From Giardia intestinalis (taxonomy: Eukaryota), in the NCBI GenBank assembly GCA_000002435.2, contig CM018790.1: a stretch of 64,000 nt of DNA; one strand, 5' to 3'. Positions 20,401 through 29,583 of the stretch are shown in pieces. Position 1 is the first letter of the stretch. The number at the start of each line of letters is the position of its first letter. The notes beneath the pieces are model-generated. The model saw only the letters and a program-made list of their open reading frames with translations, was not told the DNA's origin and searched no databases. The translations under genes and the position numbers were made by a program.

Positions 20401-22366
20401 TCCACTGAATGCAGACTTTCAGGCCGGCTGGGTCCAGACAGCTGGATTCTTGAAGCACGCCCTTCTGCCCCTCTCTGATTTCAACTCAGACGTCCAACTG
20501 TATGGGAGTAGATACGAGGACGTGGTTCGCTACCTGATAGAAAACTTTTCTCCAGATCTCCTCCACACAAAGTACTGCCCCGAACGCAAGGGCCCTGCGC
20601 CCGGGGACGAGGCTCTGCGGTCGATTGACGGGGAGTTCCGTGCCAATCGTCTGCTTTCCACGAAAACGGCCTACGGGGCGCGAGTCGGAGACCTCCAGGC
20701 GTCGACTGCAACGCCCTCCATGGACGCCTCGATGACAACCGATAGGGAGGGAGAGGCCGCTTCCGGAATGATCCAGCCTCCATCGATGTTTGAGAGGCAT
20801 ACTGCTTCCAATCGCTATGCGTACATCATGGTCCAAGAATCCACAGCGGCTACTGAAGAAGGCCAACCTCTGTGCCATCTCCAGCAGGAGACCGTCGGTG
20901 TACAGGACGACTTGGAAGAAAGGTCAGAGCGTGCGCACACCAGAATGCCGGGTCCGTCTTACCAAGAGATTGTCTCTGCAACAATGGCACTCCTTCGCCG
21001 ATACGTCCCCATTTCCCAGAACTTCCGAGGCCTTCAAGCCCGTCGGCGCAGAACGCTTATGAAGATTCGGGCTGCTGCTCAGGTGATAATGCTTGTTTCT
21101 TTCTACTTCACGCGCTTCTTAGCTGTTCCTCGGAGGGTCTACGTTGACTTCCTTCCTGTTCCGCTGGGCACCAGTCAGCCAAGGCAGGCCGCCTCTCGCC
21201 GCAAAGTGCCTCAGGGAGCGGTGAAGCTCTCCGACAAGTCCAGCAAGGTGATCGAGGACTTTTCTAAGTCGCGCTTTAAGACGTCCGGCGTTGACGTGGA
21301 GAGCCCGGCGGCTGCGCAATACGCAGACGCCCATGCGTCTCTTTATGGCACCATGATGGGGTCCTCTGTGACGCGGCCCGGGATGGAGGACGTAGAAGCG
21401 GAGGAAAACGGCATTCTCTACCAGTACGTCTTCAGGGACAGAACCAAGGTGAGAGTGCCAGTCCGGAAGGAGTCCGTTCTTGCTCTCTCCGCTCGCACCA
21501 TGCCGACAGCTGTCTGCTTTGTGGACGGCGCCCACTCTATCCTGGTCGGGGACGACGCAGGCTTTGTGACCCTCTACAAGATTCAGAATCTGATAGCTGC
21601 TCTGGGGATCACACGCAGTCTCGACACGCAGCAGCTCCCTAAGGGTCTTCTTCATGCCCCGAGCTCTGGGAAGACGTCGCCAGTCGTTCCGTCTTCGTAT
21701 CTCCGGGTACGGTACGTCCACCGTGCTCACGCCGCCCCCATTAGCCTGCTTTCTCCAGCTGGTTCCAACAGCCAGGCATACATTTCGATAGGCGGGGACA
21801 AACGAGTAGCGCTGTGGGGCTTGGACGGGGCCCAGCTCCTCGGCATTGTTCAGAGAGTCAATCTTGACCCGCCTCCGAAGGGATGGGACTCTCTTTTCGG
21901 CGTGCCTCTTACCGCACGCTCCGGGCAAAAGTCCTCAGAGAGTGGACTGGCAGATACAGCAAGGCTGTCCATCGAAGACCTCGAAGATGTGCCCAGTCAA
22001 GTCTTCCAGGACCCCCCTCCACCTATGCGTCTTGAGGCCCCGCCTGCGTGCGCATACCCGTGGACATATGCGCCGGAGAGCTCTGCAGGGGATCGCGTAG
22101 ACACAGTCATTCTTCAAAGCATGCAGCAGACAGGGACGCTGGGTAACAGTGTGGAAGAGGCGGACCTGCTCGGTGTGACCCGCCAGCTTCTGGCATCGCG
22201 GCGGCCAGTCATTGCGCCTACGTCCCAGGGCGATCCTGGAACCCTCCTCAAAGCCACAGGCCTCACGGGTCGCCTGCTTGAGCGGAAGGGGGACTCGTGG
22301 ACGGTTCGGGCCATGAAGCTTCGCGCGGCGCAGCAGCCCCTGGGATGGAGTGCAGGACCCCAATGA
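17417..22366 (+). CDS. Large hypothetical protein (1649 aa), GC-rich, no recognisable domain. Possibly beta-propeller-like.
   Basis: A continuous 4.95-kb ORF cannot arise by chance even in GC-rich DNA. The long minus-strand ORFs overlapping it (for example 17672–19702) are treated as GC-driven artefacts. The start is ambiguous: ATG at 17417 is only 6 nt past the upstream stop, and alternatives lie at 17432 and about 17504. Confidence 0.55.
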   Translation: MCSVRMSPLPFIVLCTREPLFIVFSLTGNMAISDPFRLQSPGTCLFWHEARSRLYIGHASGNVSIYALAYERDPDAPQFADGINLSEDPSNTGNSRQPSLASTTVDAAMQILGKSRSFDSLTREELLKVYPELRSSLIDVSKSTAEALQRSSQEKERLRGKSKQLIAMASEDLEVVSLITSQIFDAGQSTLLSHGIKETQLIADDPLAFVKATVAPDPVAAATHEKRHGGVHLTIRAEFVTTKYVVAGSVRCMDAGRGQWEEAMADDLFRLAVVGSDAALVILDEDLGVVCTFSDLHPEGIMRCYVVIDHITTIGFSNVYQIGPEAVRSCHLGMAVTKEELEDDPARVDGEDDRRGKRRREAVQVSDKRLVKANLVKSAHLITLVQPPRPGKPILASFAFGNVIGVIDHDNVVTLIHALTGAHITRIDIAINLHGVKVGTGVYSRKHDFGYIPFGRRLFVLKVVANEELAKEQVVWDFEDAKREEEQRALGKRRPKELIKHAPEHLPLGSISKECAGVVVNQRMNELGAVTGPGEVTIFSLLTGRPSRIYDIARISKTLLEGRDGTGSGGDDPQDSVLGSEYASIETCDLSKFYAEGQSEVTEADLHFSTPDDEARYRTLHKPPQILSQIPSAPDAPQSLLDALGRRILSLAVDSKGRVLYVIGTHGAVTLYWKTGSLFDISNVGITGRRTCEDDIDIVDNPFDGQRLGDAQREPSAGADSHMSSGASSYSLGLNLSQIIVKANNAAFVRQLLSDKSIMRAQILATDRARGLLFLCDNLNPQIVRAIDMKPSHEYVNRIGLSRQLTTFDIFFAGGADHFARARQQLAAFFSSKPVFVGADDLSSKPEVVRRFCPEFLWARDVSSAGQPNQAPSPIQKLLCDVLYTGHAKKARSDSYVTCIDASEELSLLAIGTSDGRILVHDTMSVKLLQQGVIQPPTIPSVGSPITALCFLGQWPLLFSASASGACYIHAVRSLYPNFSLVCAFYHGSYHPLGYPLNADFQAGWVQTAGFLKHALLPLSDFNSDVQLYGSRYEDVVRYLIENFSPDLLHTKYCPERKGPAPGDEALRSIDGEFRANRLLSTKTAYGARVGDLQASTATPSMDASMTTDREGEAASGMIQPPSMFERHTASNRYAYIMVQESTAATEEGQPLCHLQQETVGVQDDLEERSERAHTRMPGPSYQEIVSATMALLRRYVPISQNFRGLQARRRRTLMKIRAAAQVIMLVSFYFTRFLAVPRRVYVDFLPVPLGTSQPRQAASRRKVPQGAVKLSDKSSKVIEDFSKSRFKTSGVDVESPAAAQYADAHASLYGTMMGSSVTRPGMEDVEAEENGILYQYVFRDRTKVRVPVRKESVLALSARTMPTAVCFVDGAHSILVGDDAGFVTLYKIQNLIAALGITRSLDTQQLPKGLLHAPSSGKTSPVVPSSYLRVRYVHRAHAAPISLLSPAGSNSQAYISIGGDKRVALWGLDGAQLLGIVQRVNLDPPPKGWDSLFGVPLTARSGQKSSESGLADTARLSIEDLEDVPSQVFQDPPPPMRLEAPPACAYPWTYAPESSAGDRVDTVILQSMQQTGTLGNSVEEADLLGVTRQLLASRRPVIAPTSQGDPGTLLKATGLTGRLLERKGDSWTVRAMKLRAAQQPLGWSAGPQ

Positions 22367-23041
22367 AATAACTGGGCAAGAGATAGAGGGACACTGGGTG
22401 CTGAGCGCGGGACAGATCTGAGCATCTGCTTGGAGTAATTCGCTCAACCTAACGGCTGCTCTAGCGCTGTGCCGCTGACTTTTTGTAGGTGTGGCTCGAG
22501 CATCATTATAGACCGCTTGGTGGTCAACTGTGCCCGACAACGAGGAATGGACAAGAGGCCACGAACCGAGCAGTTCGGCCCATCCCTGATCGAGGAACGC
22601 CCAGGAGCTCTGCGGCCGTCAATGTTGCTGGCTCGGAAACGAATGCCCAACGAAGCTCGTCGGGTGACGCTCGAGAGCCGGCCACTCGCTGCCTTCCAAG
22701 CGACGCTTCCAGCCAACCTCTGTGGTCCTTGTCAAGCAGATGAGACCAATTGAGGAGAGAGCGGCCGATCAAGGTCAGCGTGACTCTAGCGCGGCGGAAA
22801 GGATGGAGACCAAGCGTTCTGACACGCACGTATCGATTGGACAGAAACAACCCAGAGATTCCAGCAGCATGCTGACGCCAGTGTGGAGCATTGATGAAGA
22901 ACCCCGGCCCTGAAGGGCGACACCCCTGTCTCTGAAGAGGCAGCCATGCTTGTGTGCGCCTCGACTACACCCGCAGAGGGCCCTATAACATAGCCTTGCA
23001 AGTACTAGTGGGCAGAGTGAACGATTTTTGAAACAAACTTC

Positions 23042-23290
23042 ATGGCCGACGGCGATGACCACACAGCCAGCTCCCCAGCAGTAGCCCCCGCCATCCCACA
23101 ATTCACTCGTAAGAAGCTCCACAGGCGGTTGGATGACGTGCTAGGAAGAGATGCCACAGATACAGTCTACTCTCTCAAGGGTTATCCAGACCTCGCTGTG
23201 AAGGAGATCCCTCTCGACGGCCTGGACAAGGGTAACATGGACGCCATCAGAATAAGATTGACCGGGGTGAGGCTGTCGCCTGCCACCTGA
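23042..23290 (+). pseudogene. 5' fragment (82 codons) of a NEK kinase gene, paralogous to the intact NEK at 53389. It is truncated upstream of GilD/Genie2 copy A.
   Basis: MADGDDHTASSPAVAPAIPQFTRKKLHRRLDDVLGRDATDTVYSLKGYPDLAVKEIPLDGLDKGNMDAI.. aligns with MADGDDHAASSQTSAPAIPQFTIRDLHEWLDSVLNESTMGTVYSLEGYPNLAVKEILLDGLGKSNVDAI.. The 20 bp upstream of the ATG are also shared (tttttgaaacaaacttcATG versus tttttggaaacaaactgtcATG). The kinase domain does not continue. Confidence 0.6.
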
Positions 23291-23865
23291 CTGGTCCCCC
23301 ATGCGAGCCACCGCCGCCCTGGGCACGCTTCTCGCATGCACGGCTGGGACCAGACGTCTGAGAGCCGAATCTCCTCGGATCCCTGCAGAAGAAGCCCGGA
23401 CGAGGGGCTGAGGGCCCCGGTACTCAGCCCAGCAAGCAGCAGACCCGCGACTGCCCGATGAGGGAACCACCGAGGAGGGCTCGCGGGGGCCCGAAGAAGA
23501 GAGTCTAGAGAGCAGCCGATAGAGTGAGCAGGGGGCCCGCACCTCCCTGTCATGGAGAGCGGCGCATGGTGGCAGGCCCCAGTGGCCATTCCTCTAGGAG
23601 ACCACCTGGCCCCACAGGATCGATTACTAACTACACGAACTGGCTCAAGAACGCCGAGGTTCACTCAAGGGGCTGCACCCTTGGGGACCTCCTACGCGAT
23701 CCACAGCACAAGGAGTCGCCACACCTCTTTCACCTCACCAGAGGGCCTCGAGCAGCACGTCTCGGGAACTCTCTCCCGTCCGGGCTCCTTCTGCAGCCTT
23801 GCGACAGACAGACGGTGCCAGCTCACGCGGGCCCTCGCCGTTGCCTGCCGTGATGCCCCGGACCA

Positions 23866-26800
23866 GTGGGTGCCGCTGGGGCCTGCCTGGAAGTATGATC
23901 CAAAGATCTCACAGGTAAGCCTCGCTCAGTCCCTGGCCAGCCCGGAGGCGGGGGCTGGCCACGGGTCGCAGTGATAGCCACAGTGGTGATAGGGAAGAGC
24001 TCCCTCCGTTTGTGGATCTGGGGCCTGTGCGTTCCTCGGCTGTTCTGCGGATGTGCACAGCTGGACTTGAGGCGAAGGAGAGCCCGCGAGGACCAGATCC
24101 GTATTACGAACGCAAGATCATACCTTTGGGCCCCAGAGAGCAAGCCGTGAGTCTCTACTCGGAGGACCACTTCGAAGACGCTTGCCCTCTCGGCAGGACA
24201 CACACGCTGGCTCTGTGGCCTGCCGTGCGAGAGCGCCAAGCAACCAACCGAGCACCTGAGAGAAGCAAACGATGACAGACACAGAGTGCTGGGCGACGAC
24301 AAGCTGATCCTTCCGGCCCACATACCGAACCAGACAGCTGCCATGCTCATCCACCAGGGTGCGCGCATGATCGCGAGCATCGAGCAGGCCGGGACTGGGG
24401 TCGCGCTCCCCGCAATCAGGGGCCTAGACGCCCTGGTGGGAAGCTGCCAGAGGGCCCCTCTGCCAGACAACACCACGGAGCAGTCCCAGAGCAAGGCAGA
24501 CCCAGACCCCGAGAAGGCGAGGCGCCGGATAGCAAACAGGGTGAACAACGCGCTGAGCTTTAATAGCTGCCAGGTCCTCTGTTCCTTGACACACCCACGA
24601 TAGACAAGCCAGAGAAGGCCAAGGCCCCCTCAGCGCGCTACACCCGTGCGTCCCCCCGAAGGCTGCGTTGGCCTTGACTACCCTCCATCGATGAACTCGA
24701 CAGGGCTGGAGTGGCAACCGAGGAGGAAATGAGGAAGGCCCTGTTTGGAACTCTCAACAAGAAGGCCTCGGGCGTGTCTGGTCTCGGGCCGGTCCAGCTC
24801 AGGCGATGAAGCAGAACGACAGCTTTGTGAAATACCTCACGCAGGCGTACAACGAGCTGACCACTCACCCCGAGGCGATACCCGAGGTGACGACCATGTT
24901 CGAGTTCCGGGCGATCCTCATCCCGAAGGAGTCCGACGGATACCCCCGATCGCGATAGGCGGACGGTCACGAACACCTTCCACCGCGTCCTGCTGAAGGG
25001 CTGATCAGGCATGCCAACTACCTCTCATGCGAGCAGATCGCCTTCAAGCAGAACGCATACGCGGTAGGCGTGAGGAGGGCCCACGAGCTCATCAGCGGGC
25101 GGGGATGCACGCCGTCTCCCTCGACACAAAGAACGCCCTCAACTCGCTCCCGAGGGCAGAGGTCGTCAGAGCCCTGAACGAGGCGGGCGTCCCGAAGGTC
25201 CTGGTCGACTACATCAGGAACTTCCTCGACCTGAGGCACAGCAAGGACGTGAAGTGCGAGGTCTGCGGCGTCCCCCAGGGCGACCCGCTCAGCACGTTCC
25301 TCTTCTGCATGGCCACCGAGCGCCTCCTGAGACGCCTCGAGGAGAGGGGCATCGCCTTCCTTGCCTATGCAGACGACATCGTGGGGTTCCACGACGAAGG
25401 GTACCCAGCAGGTGTGATAACACAGCAGACCATGGACCTGACGATCAGGAGCGACAAATGCAAGTCCACCATGGCGGGCGAGGAGGTGACCTTCCTCAAC
25501 CACCCGGCGTCCCCCACTCCTGCTAGTCTCGCCCCAAAGGCCATCGCAGGTGCCGAGACTGCCTTGAAGAAGATCGAGAATGCCCCAATAACCATCCACC
25601 AGAAGCTCATCCTGGTGTCACTCTGTGTGGTCCCGATGGTGAGCTACGCCCCCCTGGTCGAAGTAACATCGGACAAGGCGGACTACGAGGAGTTCGACAG
25701 ACGTCGCACAAGGCATCAGCACTAACCAACAGAAGCTGCGATCGCCTGGTCGACTTCCTAGCGTACCCGAAGGAGAAGGGCGGCCTGGACCTGCTCATGC
25801 CTGGATTCTACCACGACGAGCTGCGGAGGGTATGGGCCTCCTTGGACGTCAACAAGGGGGCCAGAGACCCGGTGGAGCTGTCGGTGGGCGGCCAGGCACT
25901 GCAGGGGAAGGGGCCTACTTCAACCGCCTCCTCACGCGCACACACCAGCTTCCGGACAGAGCGGCGACGTACTGTCTGCAGATGTGCGGCGTGCTGACCG
26001 AGGAGGAAAGGGCCCTGAAGGAGAAGGGCGGCTCGATCATGGCGCAGAAAGAGGCACCTGCCCGGGCTGCCACGAGGCACGACATGATCGTCGCGTGCCT
26101 GTACCTCCGCGTCTCGGGGAAGCTCAGCGCAGAGCTGGAAGTCAAGACCCACAGCCACCTCAGCGACCAGAACCAGAAGCCCGACATCTGGCTCGTCGAC
26201 AAGTGCAAGGCAGTGGACGTGGGTGTCATCCAGCCCCGCCAGATGGATACCACAGCGAGAAGGCCAAGAAGTACAGGGACGGGACGCTCCCGATCATCTA
26301 CGGGACGGACGGATCCCTCCACCCCAGTCCAAGGGGCACCTCAAGGAGCTCCACGTGGACCTCTGTCCGGGCTGCCTTCGCCATCGCCCACATGGCTGCA
26401 GAGGCGAACGAGCACCTGACGGGGCTGATCAGACGGGCCGGGCCGAAAGCCTGGCCACCCAGAGCGACCGTCTCCTGTCATCCTACTTCTGACAACCGAA
26501 TGAGTCCATCCCCGGGACCTGTCGACAACGACCGAGAAGGGGCGCAAGACTGGACACACAACCGAGTTGAATCCCAACCAGAAGAGAAAGCCCCGCTAGC
26601 TGCTGCTGATATACATGGACAGTATTGAGAATGACAACAAAGACCAGAGCTTCACCAACCGTAAAGGGAGAACAAGGAGAGGCACCCTAGTAGACCAGCG
26701 AGCCTGCAGGACGGCGTGATCTCCAAAAGGATCTATGTGCACTCTTAGACCGAGCACACACCCGCAGAACACCCGAGGAACGCAGATAGCTCCTCCCTTC

Positions 26801-26927
26801 CACCACTGTGGTCTTTATATTGATACACGACCAACCCTCGTCTCCGGACATCACCAAAAATTGAGCGGGAATTTACCAGTAAGATCTCTGGACAGCGCCC
26901 GCAGGCAGGCCCCAGCGGCACACCACA
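23866..26927 (+). mobile_element. Degenerate non-LTR retrotransposon, GilD/Genie 2-like, copy A. About 3.06 kb, flanked by ~170-bp terminal inverted repeats.
   Basis: It holds broken RT ORFs with YADD and GVPQGDPLSTFLF motifs (25027–25725). The ends are inverted repeats: the left end reads ccagtgggtgccgctggggcctgcctggaag.. and the right end reads ..caggcaggccccagcggcacaccac, with imperfect similarity extending about 170–200 bp inward. It is near-identical to the copies at 31772–34861 and 43534–46610. Confidence 0.8.
25027..25725 (+). pseudogene. Reverse-transcriptase fragment inside copy A. Frameshifted and degenerate.
   Basis: 232-aa ORF containing ..FLDLRHSKDVKCEVCGVPQGDPLSTFLFCMATERLLRRLEERGIAFLAYADDIVGFHDEGY... 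The flanking reading frames are broken. Confidence 0.75.
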
Positions 26928-27002
26928 CACTCAGTATACCTCTTTGGCAAAAGTATTCTTAATGATATCATTGGTGTTAAGACCGATTGCTCCGGAAATT
27001 CC

Positions 27003-29027
27003 TTGCTGCACAAGGCCGCTCTGGAGTGCAGTGGCCTTGAAGCTAAAGCGCTTAGCTCGTCACTAGCCTACCTTTGCCGATTACGCAATACTTCTGGAGA
27101 GACAGCCTTACAATTGGCGATAAAACATGGAAATTTGGAGCTCGCCAAACTTCTGATTGATGAGGAAGCAGGTAGCTATTCTGACACAAAAGAATCTGCA
27201 GTGGAGCTGGCCCTTCTTCGGGGTTCATGCGAAGTAGCCAGGCTATTAATTCCATTTGAAGGGAAGATACTTACTGAGCGGGGGTATACGCAGCTGATGT
27301 TAGCGGCTTCGTTTGGTGAGAGACGACTCGTTGAGAAGTACATCCAACGACAAGCAAAGAGGCAGGCAAAGAATGGGGTCACTGCGATGCATTTGGCCGT
27401 TATATCTGCAATCTCGCTTCATAAGTCTATCAAGCTTCTGCTGCAAGAAAGAGATCGCTTGGCAACTGACAGCGGCCACCTTATAGTAGAGGCAGAAGTT
27501 CCGCTGACCCACAGCTCTGTGACACCACGAAACACACGATCTCCACGGTCTATTAGTATCCTAACCAAGTCTTGCGGTAGGGGTGACTTGTTTGCGCAGA
27601 CAGCTGAAAAGGAATCAGCCTACTCTAGGCCACGTGTCACTTCGTCTAGACGCCCAATAACATCGGTACGATATCCAAGACAGACGCCGGCTCTATCTGC
27701 TAGTACACGTGTAGGAACACCAAAAAGCAGCTTCAGCTCACGAGGAGGCCAGCAAATATCTCCTAGCATTACCGTACCATCGATGCTATCCTCCTCTCCA
27801 AGAAAGAGGAGCGGAAGATGCGCGGCTTCGCGGTCTGGAGGCTCTAAAACATCTCCCATGGCGCGACCGCGCACAACCCAAATCACAGCCCAAAAGCTTC
27901 CTGCTGAAGTTACTAAGCACCGGGCCCAGAGCACGTACGGAACCCAGCTTGACGGGAGCATAAAGGTACCAGTGCTTCAGCTTGATAACCTGAGCGGAAA
28001 GCATGTGTCATTTCCAGATACTCTCAGGATAAAGGACGATGCCAGCGTTGTAGAGTGTAGAATTAGAAAGCTCAGATCTCTGTTTCAAGCCTTCGTCGAG
28101 ATTATCCTGCTCCTTATACCACTAGAAAAACAGATCTCCCAAAGGAATGGCCTCACGGTGCTCATGATAGCTGCGAAGGCTGATGTTGTAGAACTAGTTA
28201 GACTGCTTGTCAATGACGAGAAGTTGATGGTAGATGCACGCGGAGAGACTGCCTTGATGATAGCAGTTAGGAACAATGCAGCAGCATCTGTCAAAGGGCT
28301 GCTTAGCCACGAGGCAACCCGTGCATCTGCCAATCGTGAACGCTATACCGCATTGCACCTAGCAGTGCAAACGAATAACAGCATTCTTGTTGAGCAGCTA
28401 GCAACTCTAGAGAATAATATTCCACAGGCATGCTACACGTTAAAAGACTTTCCTAACAGCAGGAATGCGCACGCCTTGATCAACGTGACCGCCCTCATGA
28501 TGGCGTCTATCGGTAATGCTCCAGAATGCGCTCTGATTCTCTCCAGATACGAGGCCGGGCGCCACGAGCAGCTCTTCGGCTATACTGCGTTGATGCTTGC
28601 CGCATACTTCAATCACTCAGCCATTGTAGAGCTTCTTTTACATCCTGAATCGAGGGAGACTATGCGCAACGGCTGGACAGCGCTCATGGTTGCCAGCAGC
28701 AGAGGAAACCTTCGCTGCTGTGCTAAGCTGGCAACTTGCGAATCCAAGCTGACCGCTCAGGGGCTGACTGCGCTCATGCTAGCGTGCAAGCACAATTTCC
28801 TCAACATTGTGACGCTTCTCTATCCGCTCGAATCAAGCATCTATCACAAACGAGTAAGAAACGGGGTTGTGGAGCGTTGGTCCTGTTTAACATATGCGGC
28901 TGCAAAGGGGAGCACAGAGGTGGTAATGTTTCTCTTGGAACATCACCCCTCTCGAGAAGACATACGATTGGCTGCGAGCTGCTCACATAACCCAAAGATA
29001 TCAATCCTACTGTCAGCGCACCATTAA
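27003..29027 (+). CDS. Ankyrin-repeat protein (Giardia 'protein 21.1'-type) with a Ser/Thr-rich central linker. Appears 5'-truncated: no in-frame ATG near the ORF start.
   Basis: Ankyrin repeats are present (GETALQLAIKHGNLELAKLLID, TALMIAV.., TALHLAV.., TALMLAAYF..). The track start at 27003 is a TTG. The frame stays open back to a TAA at 26880–26882, inside the GilD copy A terminus, with no ATG. The first in-frame ATG sits inside an ankyrin 'QLMLAAS' motif at about codon 95. Confidence 0.6.
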   Translation: MLHKAALECSGLEAKALSSSLAYLCRLRNTSGETALQLAIKHGNLELAKLLIDEEAGSYSDTKESAVELALLRGSCEVARLLIPFEGKILTERGYTQLMLAASFGERRLVEKYIQRQAKRQAKNGVTAMHLAVISAISLHKSIKLLLQERDRLATDSGHLIVEAEVPLTHSSVTPRNTRSPRSISILTKSCGRGDLFAQTAEKESAYSRPRVTSSRRPITSVRYPRQTPALSASTRVGTPKSSFSSRGGQQISPSITVPSMLSSSPRKRSGRCAASRSGGSKTSPMARPRTTQITAQKLPAEVTKHRAQSTYGTQLDGSIKVPVLQLDNLSGKHVSFPDTLRIKDDASVVECRIRKLRSLFQAFVEIILLLIPLEKQISQRNGLTVLMIAAKADVVELVRLLVNDEKLMVDARGETALMIAVRNNAAASVKGLLSHEATRASANRERYTALHLAVQTNNSILVEQLATLENNIPQACYTLKDFPNSRNAHALINVTALMMASIGNAPECALILSRYEAGRHEQLFGYTALMLAAYFNHSAIVELLLHPESRETMRNGWTALMVASSRGNLRCCAKLATCESKLTAQGLTALMLACKHNFLNIVTLLYPLESSIYHKRVRNGVVERWSCLTYAAAKGSTEVVMFLLEHHPSREDIRLAASCSHNPKISILLSAHH

Positions 29028-29583
29028 TAGGAATGGAATGTGTAATATACTGTAGTGAGAGGGCATTGGCTAAGGTTGACTCGCCGCTACCCTAGGTAAC
29101 AAACATTTTGGTAGACAGTTATCTTTGCGTGATCGTCTTAGAGGCGTTAAGAAGGCTCGAAAAACGACTGAGATTCTCATTAAGAAGGAGCATTCTAGTT
29201 TGTAAGCGTTTCAACAATAAGTTCTCACAGGTAATAATGGCCACTTGTAATTAGAACGACAGGAGATGCGTTGTGGAGCTAGTAGGGATTCGGTGTATTG
29301 TGCATTGTGACATTGCTTGTGCTCTGCTATTTTTGTTAAAGCTTCAGTTGATTGCATCCCTCCTATCGTATTTACTAGAGCATACTCTGTACATTGGATA
29401 GGCCCCATTTTGCTGATTAGACAGTAGCTAGTAGTAGGGGCAGATGCATGTCAAAGACGATGCCCGAACTATTGACTGAGCACAGGAGAGCCGTCAACTA
29501 ATAAGTGCAGAAGCAGTTCACACTCTCCTGGCACAGACAGCCATCCGAGAACTTCCTGGCTGCTACACGAACTAGTACATTAT

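Noticed and set aside
22370-23040. Possible extension of the NEK paralogy upstream of 23020
   Set aside because: Similarity to the 53.3 kb promoter region is limited to about 20 bp before the ATG. Further upstream the two regions do not align by eye.
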